Below are positions 28,602-36,488 of a stretch of 64,000 nt of DNA, one piece after another. This DNA comes from Patescibacteria group bacterium (lineage in GTDB: Bacteria > Patescibacteriota > Saccharimonadia > UBA4664): contig JAQGHG010000005.1 in the NCBI GenBank assembly GCA_028288925.1, forward strand, positions 15,991-79,990, read 5' to 3'. Below the pieces are notes generated by a model, which was given only the letters and a program-made list of their open reading frames with translations, made no database searches and was not told where the DNA came from. The position numbers and the translations under genes were made by a program. The first letter of the stretch is position 1, and the number at the start of each line of letters is the position of its first letter.

Positions 28602-29459
28602 TCACTCCGCGCTTTCGGATGGTTGGCTCGCGAAACAAGCTTGGACGGCATTATCATAGGTGCGCTGAACAAGTGGTTCGAAGGCTTCGAAAAGTGCCAG
28701 CTTGCTAAGGGAAAACGCGGCGTTAACTTCCATGACTTTTAGTCCCTCAGTTGTCGTTACGATGTCGACGGCCGCGAAATGGAGCTGGATCGCAGTCAGT
28801 GTTGCCTGGGCTAGTTTGATGAGCTCGCTTTTTAAACGTCCATCGGCGACTTCGGACGGTAGGGCGCCAAATTGCAGATTGTGCCGCCACTCCCCTCCGC
28901 CTGGTGGCCGTACTTTCCGGAAGAGCAGTTGTGGCTGCTGGTTCAGTAGGACGATTCGGTATTCGTCGATAATATCCTCGAAGGGCGAGGCTGCGATGGT
29001 CCGATAGTGCGAGGACATGGTTTCCAAAATGGCCTGCAGCTCCTTGGGTGTAGTGGCTTTGTAGACGTCGGCGCCGCCGCCCCTGTCGCAGGGTTTTAAT
29101 ACAAGCGGCAACTGGGCGTTGCTCAACGTGGCTTGGATGGTTGCCTCCACCGTTTGCTGAGGAGGAAACCTAATTAACCAGTGGGGAATCGTTGGTATCT
29201 GAGCATCTTTCAGAACATGATAGGTCGCGACTTTGTCACGGGCGATCCCCGCTGAAGCCGCGTTATTGAGCGGAAAGAGAAGCGAGGAGATGTGGGTTAC
29301 GCGGCCGTTTTTGGTAAGACGGCATATCCAGTAGTCCGAGAGCCAATCAACCGTTACTTGCTGGCGGCGACAAGCCGTCTCTATGTGACCAACGAAGGTC
29401 TCACGGGTTTTCCATTCGCTAAGCTTAAACAAGCTATGCGCTGTATCGGTGGAGTGCAT
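28602..29459 (-). CDS. RimK-like ATP-grasp ligase
   Basis: DK, P.VLKP...GG, EYR, WRHNL..GA, AVDI, MEVN; start trimmed to MHSTD. Confidence 0.85.
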   Translation of the reverse strand: MHSTDTAHSLFKLSEWKTRETFVGHIETACRRQQVTVDWLSDYWICRLTKNGRVTHISSLLFPLNNAASAGIARDKVATYHVLKDAQIPTIPHWLIRFPPQQTVEATIQATLSNAQLPLVLKPCDRGGGADVYKATTPKELQAILETMSSHYRTIAASPFEDIIDEYRIVLLNQQPQLLFRKVRPPGGGEWRHNLQFGALPSEVADGRLKSELIKLAQATLTAIQLHFAAVDIVTTTEGLKVMEVNAAFSLSKLALFEAFEPLVQRTYDNAVQACFASQPSESAE

Positions 29460-29472
29460 ATTTGAAAAAGAC

Positions 29473-29988
29473 CTAGTTAGTGGTTGTAATGATGTAGTGA
29501 TTGACGACCGTGCCATCGGAGACTTCAACTTGGCTGTCGAGAAGCTCGAGTTTGACGTCCATATTCAGATCGAACAGCGGCATACCCCGGCCGAATAGTA
29601 CGGGCTGAATGGAAAGATAGAGCTCGGTGATGAGGCCGGCTTCCATGTATTGGTTGTAGATTTGCAGACCGCCGGCGACTATGACGCTCTTGGCGCCTTC
29701 GTTTTCGAGGCGTTCTAGCAGCTGGGCCGGTGAGTCACTGGTGTATTCGACTCCTTCGACGGTTTCGTGGTCTTTGCGTGTGAGCACGATGAGACGGCGG
29801 CCGGGCAGGGCTTTCCCGAAGGTGGCGAAGGTGTTGTAGCCCATCACGACGATGCCGGCTTGTTTGGTGACGCGGGTAAAGAACCGTTTGTCACTAGATG
29901 TGGTCCAGGTGGTAGACAGGTGCTCCCGGTCGCGGGCGATGTAGCCATCGGCCGTTTGGGTCGCTAAAAGTATGATTTTCATGATCAT
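29473..29988 (-). CDS. folA: Dihydrofolate reductase
   Basis: DG.IA, W...D..FF...T, VMG..TF, LPGR..IVL, GG.QIY, G.G.PLF. Confidence 0.9.
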   Translation of the reverse strand: MIMKIILLATQTADGYIARDREHLSTTWTTSSDKRFFTRVTKQAGIVVMGYNTFATFGKALPGRRLIVLTRKDHETVEGVEYTSDSPAQLLERLENEGAKSVIVAGGLQIYNQYMEAGLITELYLSIQPVLFGRGMPLFDLNMDVKLELLDSQVEVSDGTVVNHYIITTTN

Positions 29989-30033
29989 CCCTTGGTTTTT
30001 AAGTAGATGCGGGTACTTAGGGAGATGATTGGT

Positions 30034-30048
30034 CTATGGGTGCTTCAT
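30034..30048 (-). other. Micro-uORF MKHP* upstream of folA
   Basis: ATG AAG CAC CCA TAG, 45 nt before the folA ATG, downstream of TGcTATACT. Confidence 0.7.
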
Positions 30049-30073
30049 AGTTAGTGGCCTGTCTTTCCTCATT

Positions 30074-30082
30074 AGTATAGCA
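30074..30082 (-). promoter_or_regulatory. Extended -10 promoter of the fol operon
   Basis: TGCTATACT upstream of the folA leader. Confidence 0.55.
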
Positions 30083-30142
30083 AATTCTTTACAGTTGGCC
30101 CCTCCCCCGCCATAATTTGGTTAATCTAATTGGACATACGCT

Positions 30143-30304
30143 ATGGAAGAACCCAAGAACCCGCAAGGAACTACCCCCGAAGATGCCACGCAGGCCGATG
30201 GCTACTACGGTGAGGATGAGCTAGAGATGGACGAGCTGGATCTGAGCTTTTTGGACGAAGACGACGAGGCTGACGCGCCGAAGAAGTCTGATAAGGCCGC
30301 GTAG
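30143..30304 (+). CDS. 53-aa highly acidic small protein
   Basis: Manual translation MEEPKNPQGTTPEDATQADGYYGEDELEMDELDLSFLDEDDEADAPKKSDKAA*; below the ORF-track cutoff. Confidence 0.6.
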   Translation: MEEPKNPQGTTPEDATQADGYYGEDELEMDELDLSFLDEDDEADAPKKSDKAA

Positions 30305-30348
30305 TTATCGCTTCTGAGCGGCTAAAAGTTGGCATTGTCGCGCCCCAT

Positions 30349-31479
30349 ATGTTTATGCATGAGGATATTTTGTCGCGGGTGATTTTCTCGCCGGGACAGC
30401 TGGCGATTAATCTGGCTGAGGGGGTGCGGAAGCTGGGCGCGGACGTGACGTTATTTACGCCCGGCCCGCTTAAGGTGGGAGCGCGCAATGTGACGGCTGA
30501 TTTGAGTTATTTTGAACGGGAACTAGCCGGGCGGGGCGATTCGTATATTGATTTGCTCAAGAAGCACCCGCTCACCTTCATTACACTCGCGCGCCAGGTC
30601 CAGAGTGAACTCATCGCCAAAGCTTATGCTATGGCAAATGCCGGCGAGCTGGATGTGGTGCATATTTATACCAATGAGGAGGATATCGCGCTGCCGTTCG
30701 CGCGGTTATGTACTAAGCCGGTAGTGTTTACGCATCATGACCCGTTTAATTTCCTAGTGAAGTACAAGAGCGTCTTCCCGAAGTACGCGGACTTGAATTG
30801 GATCTCGATGTCGTTGGCGCAGCGACGTGGGATGCCGGAGGATACGGATTGGGTGGGTAATATTTACCATGGGCTCGATCCGGATGTATGGGCTCCGAAT
30901 TACACTCCCAAAGGTGATTATGCCGTGTACATGGGGCGGATCATTGAGCCGAAAGGTGTGCACCTGGCGATCGCGGCGGTGAAGCGCCATAATTTGGCGC
31001 ATCCAGACGACAAACTGAGGCTCAAAATCGCCGGCAAGCACTACGCTGGCGTCAAAGACGCCTACTGGACGGAGCAAATTGAGCCGCAGATCGACGGCCG
31101 CGAGATTGAATATGTGGGGTTTGTGGCTGATCAGAAGCAAAAACAAGACTTATTGAGCAGTGCGCGGGCACTCGTGGTCCCATCGCTGTTCGAGGAGCCC
31201 TTTGGTATGGTGATGATCGAGGCGCTGGCTTGCGGAACACCCGTGATTGGGCTGGATTCAGGTGCGATCCCGGAGGTCATTCGTGATGGCGAAACCGGCG
31301 TGTTGGTGCGCAAAGCCGCGGATGAAGCTACGATAGCCCAGGGGCTGGCTGATGCCATTGGTCGCGTAGGAGCTATTGACCGCCGAGCCTGCCGTCGCGA
31401 TTTTGAAGCTCGATTTACGTTGGATCGAATGGGCCGAGAGCACTTAGGTGTCTATAATACCTTGACATTAGCATCATAG
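30349..31479 (+). CDS. GT4 family glycosyltransferase (true start probably upstream, about 30307)
   Basis: GRI..PKG, EPFGMV.IEALACGTPVI. Confidence 0.93.
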   Translation: MFMHEDILSRVIFSPGQLAINLAEGVRKLGADVTLFTPGPLKVGARNVTADLSYFERELAGRGDSYIDLLKKHPLTFITLARQVQSELIAKAYAMANAGELDVVHIYTNEEDIALPFARLCTKPVVFTHHDPFNFLVKYKSVFPKYADLNWISMSLAQRRGMPEDTDWVGNIYHGLDPDVWAPNYTPKGDYAVYMGRIIEPKGVHLAIAAVKRHNLAHPDDKLRLKIAGKHYAGVKDAYWTEQIEPQIDGREIEYVGFVADQKQKQDLLSSARALVVPSLFEEPFGMVMIEALACGTPVIGLDSGAIPEVIRDGETGVLVRKAADEATIAQGLADAIGRVGAIDRRACRRDFEARFTLDRMGREHLGVYNTLTLAS

Positions 31480-31552
31480 ATAGCTGACACTACTTTTGTC
31501 CTTGAAAAGTCAAAAGTACTCCACTAGCGCACCCTGGAAGGGGGCTGTGAAG

Positions 31553-32785
31553 ATGTGCGGGTTTCTGCCCCCCGAGCTGCGTGGAATAGCCATGTCGAAG
31601 GTCTTGGCGAGTTCCGCCGTCCAGCTGACCAGTGTGTTTCTGGCGGTTCTGCTGTTTGGTCGTGGACTCAGACTTTGGCAGGTCTGTGGATTTTATGTAC
31701 TCTATTCGATTGCGGGGATAGTTCTCATCTACCCTTGCTGCCGGATTATAAACCGCTACGGAGCCCGCCTCGGTTTTGTGGTGAGCTACATAGGGCTGGC
31801 CGCTCAGGCGGTTCTGCTTTCCACCTACACGGCCGGAGCCCAAGGCTGGACGATCGCTGTAATGGCGGTGGTGTTTGCTTTGGCGGCTGCGTTTCGTTTG
31901 TGTTCAACCGCGTTCCATGTGTCGAGGCTGATGGTTCGCGGTCGCGAGGGTCGCGACCTCGCATGGCTCGAGGTTCTGACCTTGGTGGCTGTGTGGGGCG
32001 TGTCCGTAGCCTGCTGGATAGTGGCTGTGGCGCGAGGTAAGGAGTGGCTCGGTGTAGCATCGGCCCTCCTGGCTATCGCGGCTATCGTGCCGGTCTGGCA
32101 CGGGGACAAGCTTGGTAACGGCCGTCGGACGGCGTCGTCTGTGCGCTTTCGATCCCATGCGCCTTGGCGTGACCTAGTTGCTTGCTTCGGCTGGAACTTC
32201 CAGTCAGGCGTAGGCTTCTGGGCGTGGTCGATGTATCTGGCGATCGTCATCCCGAGTTTTAGGATACTGGGAGTCATCGCGGCGATTTCTTCAATCGCGA
32301 TGGGCATACTCACGATGTTGGCCGGACGCTGGATCGACAGGCACCATAAGGGTGTGCGGGTAGTGCTTGTGGCGACTGTCTGCCTGGGCTCGGTGGTGCA
32401 TCTGCTTCGCATTGGCGTAGCGGTTGTCTCAGACCGGCTGGCCGCAGCGCCCATGGTCGCTACGGTCGTCCTGACCTTGTCCACTATTGTCTATGGGGTA
32501 GTGGCTAGTCTGCTTCAAGTGAGCTGGCAGAAGAGTTACTACTCGTGGGCCTCGGAGCAGGACATCAACTACGTGGCGAGTATGGAGAGCTCCGCGATGT
32601 TTTCGCAGCTCGTGCTGTGGAGTGGGCTCTGCGCGCTGGCATATTTCGGCCAGAGCGCGAACGTCGTCTTCGTGACAGCCTTTGCCTACGCTGGCGTAGT
32701 GACGGGGTGTTGCGTGCTCATTCGGCGCCATAGCGGGCAGATGAGCCACGACCAAGCAGACACGCTGCTGACGAAGTCCAAGTGA
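31553..32785 (+). CDS. MFS-type transporter
   Basis: About 12 TM segments, RIINRYG and GRWIDR loop motifs. Confidence 0.75.
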   Translation: MCGFLPPELRGIAMSKVLASSAVQLTSVFLAVLLFGRGLRLWQVCGFYVLYSIAGIVLIYPCCRIINRYGARLGFVVSYIGLAAQAVLLSTYTAGAQGWTIAVMAVVFALAAAFRLCSTAFHVSRLMVRGREGRDLAWLEVLTLVAVWGVSVACWIVAVARGKEWLGVASALLAIAAIVPVWHGDKLGNGRRTASSVRFRSHAPWRDLVACFGWNFQSGVGFWAWSMYLAIVIPSFRILGVIAAISSIAMGILTMLAGRWIDRHHKGVRVVLVATVCLGSVVHLLRIGVAVVSDRLAAAPMVATVVLTLSTIVYGVVASLLQVSWQKSYYSWASEQDINYVASMESSAMFSQLVLWSGLCALAYFGQSANVVFVTAFAYAGVVTGCCVLIRRHSGQMSHDQADTLLTKSK

Positions 32786-32790
32786 CGCAG

Positions 32791-32818
32791 GCGGCCCGAT
32801 CCTTGAGGATCGGGCCGC
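32791..32818. terminator. Strong hairpin between the convergent MFS gene and murI
   Basis: GCGGCCCGATCC-TTGA-GGATCGGGCCGC perfect inverted repeat; short U tail. Confidence 0.7.
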
Positions 32819-32826
32819 TTAGACTT

Positions 32827-33627
32827 TTATAACGCAATTTTTTCTAATTGTACGGGTCGCCCAAAAAGCTGCTTTGCCACTTCGCCGGTGCTGGGCGCCA
32901 GATCGGTTGTGAGCAGCCGGTGGGTTTCGTGGCGGGTGAGCTTTTGCTCGATTTCGGGGTGTCGTCGCAGGTAATCGTTGAGCTTGGCCGAAATGATGGT
33001 GTCTTGGCCGATGACGGCTATTTTGTCGCCGATTCTGGCTTGGATTTGTTGTTTGAGCAGAGGGTAATGGGTGCATCCCAGGATGAGGGTATCGATATTT
33101 TTCGCGAGGAGCGGGGCGAGATAGTCGTCGAGGATGGGCGCGGCGTACTTGAGCGAGTCGTTTTCGATGAGCGGGACGAGCAAGGGAGTGGCTTGTTGGA
33201 ATACGTTCGCGTCAGGTTGAAGTTTATGGATTTCGCGGGGGTAGGCATCGGATTGGACGGTACCTTGGGTGGCTATTACGCCGATGTTGCCGTTTTTGGT
33301 TTGCTTGACGGCTTCTTCGGCGGCTGGGATGAGAACACCAAGTACGCGCCGGTCCGGATAAGCCTGGGGCAAGTATTCTTGCTGGATCCGGCGAAGGGCT
33401 TGGGCTGACGCGGTGTTACAGGCTACGATGACGAGTTGGCAGTCCTGCCCGAGCAAATATTCGACGGCATCACGGGTAAACTGGTAGATCATCTCCTGAG
33501 AGCGGTTGCCGTAGGGTACGCGGGCGGTGTCGCCTAGGTAGATGTAATCGTATTTGGGTAGGGCTCGCAGGAGGCCGTGCGTGACGATGAGCCCACCCAG
33601 TCCGGAGTCGAAGAGGCCGATCTTCAC
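32827..33627 (-). CDS. murI: Glutamate racemase
   Basis: FDSGLGGL, D.ARVPYG, ACNTAS, LGCTHY. Confidence 0.97.
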   Translation of the reverse strand: MKIGLFDSGLGGLIVTHGLLRALPKYDYIYLGDTARVPYGNRSQEMIYQFTRDAVEYLLGQDCQLVIVACNTASAQALRRIQQEYLPQAYPDRRVLGVLIPAAEEAVKQTKNGNIGVIATQGTVQSDAYPREIHKLQPDANVFQQATPLLVPLIENDSLKYAAPILDDYLAPLLAKNIDTLILGCTHYPLLKQQIQARIGDKIAVIGQDTIISAKLNDYLRRHPEIEQKLTRHETHRLLTTDLAPSTGEVAKQLFGRPVQLEKIAL

Positions 33628-33628
33628 G

Positions 33629-34471
33629 TTAGAGAATTACCAAGTCGGTCTTGATGTGCGGGTGCGGGTCGTAGCCCTCGAGCACGAAGTTTTCTTCTTT
33701 GAAGTCGTCGATGGTTTTGACGTCGCCGACGATTTTGAGCTTGGGGAAGGGTCGGGGCTTGCGGTGGAGCTGCTCCTTGGCGGCTTCGATGTGGTTGCGG
33801 TAGAGGTGGGCGTTGCCGGCCGAGATGATGAGCTCGCGCGGCTCGGCGCCCACCAGGTGCGCCACCATATACAGCAGCATGGCGTACTGGGCGATGTTGA
33901 AGGGCGCGCCTAGGAAGACGTCCCACGAGCGCTGGTAGAGATGCAGGCGGAGTTTGCCGTCGGTCAGATCAAATTGGAACATGGTGTGGCACGGGGGCAG
34001 GCGAATATCGCCGTAGTCGTCGGGATTCCAGCGCTTGTCGCCGAGCTCGCCGGCATTCCATGCGCTTACGATGATGCCCTTGGAGTCCGGATTGGTTTTG
34101 AGCTGATCAATGGCCCAGGCTAGCTGGTCAAATTCGGTGCCGTTGGGCCGTAGCCAGTGCCGCCATTGCACGCCGTAGATGCGGCCGAGGTCGTTGGAGC
34201 CTTCGTGTAGGAAGCCGTCCCAGTAGCGGATTTTGTGCTCGTGGAGGTAGGTGACGTCGGAACTGCCGGAGATGAACCAGAGCAGCTCGTGGAGCAGAAT
34301 TTTAAACGGCATTTTCTTGGTGGTAAGCAGCGGGAAGCCGTAGCGCAGGTCGAAGTGGACCTGGGCGCCGAAGACCGACTTGAGTGGCCAAATGCCGCGT
34401 GACGGCTTGCTGCGGCCGTCCTTGAGGATGGTGGCCATGAGTTTGAGGTATTCGTATTCTGGATGTTTCAT
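33629..34471 (-). CDS. thyA: Thymidylate synthase
   Basis: FPLLTTKK, ELLWF, YGVQWR, LPPCH, YQRS.D..LG.PFN, H.Y.NH. Confidence 0.97.
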   Translation of the reverse strand: MKHPEYEYLKLMATILKDGRSKPSRGIWPLKSVFGAQVHFDLRYGFPLLTTKKMPFKILLHELLWFISGSSDVTYLHEHKIRYWDGFLHEGSNDLGRIYGVQWRHWLRPNGTEFDQLAWAIDQLKTNPDSKGIIVSAWNAGELGDKRWNPDDYGDIRLPPCHTMFQFDLTDGKLRLHLYQRSWDVFLGAPFNIAQYAMLLYMVAHLVGAEPRELIISAGNAHLYRNHIEAAKEQLHRKPRPFPKLKIVGDVKTIDDFKEENFVLEGYDPHPHIKTDLVIL

Positions 34472-34851
34472 GCGGTTCCTTCGTAGCGCACGGTGGCGCC
34501 GAGCGTTTTATTGTCTAATTCAATGTAGGCGAGCTGCGTTATCTGCGGCGCGAGCTTTTGGTAGGTCCAGCGTGCTACCTGCTCAAAGGTGGGCCGGAAT
34601 TCAAACAGCTCGGTCCATTTTTGGCTGGAGAGGTGGCTAGCTGTGGCAGCGAGTATATCATCCAGGCTATCGGTGTCTACGAACCAACCTCGTTCCCCCA
34701 TCTGGTCATCGTCGAAGCGAATGGCTGCCGTCAGGGTGATGCTGTAGCCGTCTACGGGCTGGAGTGGGGCTAGCTTTTTAGCGTCGCGAATGGGTGATTT
34801 AAGTCCCTGGAGAGCTTTAAATTCTTTTCGTAGCGTTACAACATAACTCAT
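34468..34851 (-). CDS. PTPS/QueD-like T-fold protein lacking the canonical Zn ligands
   Basis: F.A...L, G..VD...L..IL, PT.E..AR..Y..L match the PTPS pattern, but AAH, HGH and ET are absent. Confidence 0.6.
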   Translation of the reverse strand: MSYVVTLRKEFKALQGLKSPIRDAKKLAPLQPVDGYSITLTAAIRFDDDQMGERGWFVDTDSLDDILAATASHLSSQKWTELFEFRPTFEQVARWTYQKLAPQITQLAYIELDNKTLGATVRYEGTA

Positions 34852-34935
34852 CAGACGCCCCTTATTTGTTAATTATTGTAGCATTAGGATCTTATTTTTT
34901 ACCCATACACTTTGGGCATAGGTTAGGATAATTAC

Positions 34936-35511
34936 ATGCTGAAAGATTTGCCAGTCGTGCTGTTCGAATCGTCCGGGTATTGGGAGCAGTGGCTCAACGC
35001 CCATCACGCCCAACCACAGGGCCTTTGGCTCAAGATTGCCAAGAAAGCTTCGGGTACGCCGTCGGTTTCTTATGCCGAGGCGCTGGATGTCGCCCTCTGC
35101 TATGGCTGGATTGACGGGCAAAAGCAATCATTTGACGAGCAGTATTATCTGCAGAAGTTTACGCCGCGCCGCCCCCGGAGTATTTGGTCGAAGGTTAATG
35201 TCGGGAAGATTGCCGTGCTGACTGCCGCGGGCAAGATGATGCCGTCTGGATTGGCTGCGGTCGAGGCTGCCCAACAGGATGGGCGGTGGGATCAAGCTTA
35301 TGATTCGCACCGTACTAGCACAGTGCCGGCTGACTTTCAGGAGGCTCTCGACCAAAGCCCTCAAGCCAAGACCTTCTTTGTTACGCTTAATAAAACCAAC
35401 GCGTACGCTATATTGTGGCGTATTCAAACTGCCAAAAAGCCGGAGACACGACGGGCCAGGATAGAGAAGTTTATCGTAATGTTAAGTGCGGGAAAGAAAT
35501 TTTATCCCTGA
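34936..35511 (+). CDS. YdeI/OmpD-associated family protein
   Basis: EAL..ALCYGWIDG, FTPRRPRSIWSK.N, AKKPETR..RI. Confidence 0.92.
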   Translation: MLKDLPVVLFESSGYWEQWLNAHHAQPQGLWLKIAKKASGTPSVSYAEALDVALCYGWIDGQKQSFDEQYYLQKFTPRRPRSIWSKVNVGKIAVLTAAGKMMPSGLAAVEAAQQDGRWDQAYDSHRTSTVPADFQEALDQSPQAKTFFVTLNKTNAYAILWRIQTAKKPETRRARIEKFIVMLSAGKKFYP

Positions 35512-36488
35512 GCAACGACACGCCGTACCACCTTGCCGGCCCGCTCGAGCATTTGGACGGCGTAGCCTTCGGAGTGATCAACACTATAGACGAATTCGGC
35601 GATATCGGTCTCGGTGAACATGCGGGCGCAGGCGGGACACGGCAAGAGGTTGATGAAGAGCGTGGCGCCGCGCAGGTCAATCCCCTCTTTTTGGGCTTTG
35701 ATGATCATTTCGACCTCGGCGTGGACGGTGTCGTAGTGGTTGAGGTCGTGCGGCGGCGAGAAGTTAGTCTCGCGTGAGGCGCCGTAGTGCATGGCGTAGG
35801 TTTGGAACGGTACCACCCGGTTGAAGGCGGCGGCGAGGTATTCGTAGGTACCGGCGGCCTTGGCGGCGCGGCCCAGCGTAACGCCGGTCTGGAAACTGTA
35901 GTCGAAGGAGAGCTTGGCCGTGTCGCCGGCGAGGGCGAGCATTTCGGCTTCGGAATGTGTTTCTCCCGTCTTGGGCGCGATCAGGGCGAGCATTTCGGGC
36001 ATCACGCGGGCTTCGTACTCGCGGGCTTCGGCTTCGTCGGTGAAGGGCGAGATCATTTCGTACGGGATATGCCGGTTGATGAGCGTGTAATAATTTTCGG
36101 TGGTGTGGAAGGCCTGCTTCCAGGAGCCGTTGATGAGCACGACGCGCTGGAGCGCGAGCTTCTCTAGAATATATTTGGTCTCACGCTGGGCATAGCTGAG
36201 GGCGGCGATGGTGTGTTTGCCGCTGGATGCGTTTACTTTGTCGATAATTGGCTGGACGGTGGCGGCTTGGAGCGTACGAAACTGCGGTTGGCCTTCGAAC
36301 CCGGCGATGTAATCTTCTTTGGCTAGTCCGAGGATGATATTACCCCGCGGCAAGTAGGTTTTGATGAGCTGGGTGAAGCGTTTCACAGAGATTTCACGCG
36401 GGGCGGCAATGAAGGTGGCCTTCAATTCATTGAGCGGCTTCTTGCTTTGGAAAGCCATATCCGACCAATCGAAGACGTAATTATTCAT
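35502..36488 (-). CDS. Zn-dependent (deoxy)cytidylate-deaminase-like protein with long N-terminal domain
   Basis: VHAE...PCPACA in the C-half; start set at the ATGA overlap. Confidence 0.8.
   Translation of the reverse strand: MNNYVFDWSDMAFQSKKPLNELKATFIAAPREISVKRFTQLIKTYLPRGNIILGLAKEDYIAGFEGQPQFRTLQAATVQPIIDKVNASSGKHTIAALSYAQRETKYILEKLALQRVVLINGSWKQAFHTTENYYTLINRHIPYEMISPFTDEAEAREYEARVMPEMLALIAPKTGETHSEAEMLALAGDTAKLSFDYSFQTGVTLGRAAKAAGTYEYLAAAFNRVVPFQTYAMHYGASRETNFSPPHDLNHYDTVHAEVEMIIKAQKEGIDLRGATLFINLLPCPACARMFTETDIAEFVYSVDHSEGYAVQMLERAGKVVRRVVAQG

Noticed and set aside
30034-30072. Longer uORF MRKDRPLTMKHP* before folA
   Set aside because: Its ATG is 1 nt from the putative -10 box, so it is probably not transcribed; it remains possible if the promoter lies elsewhere
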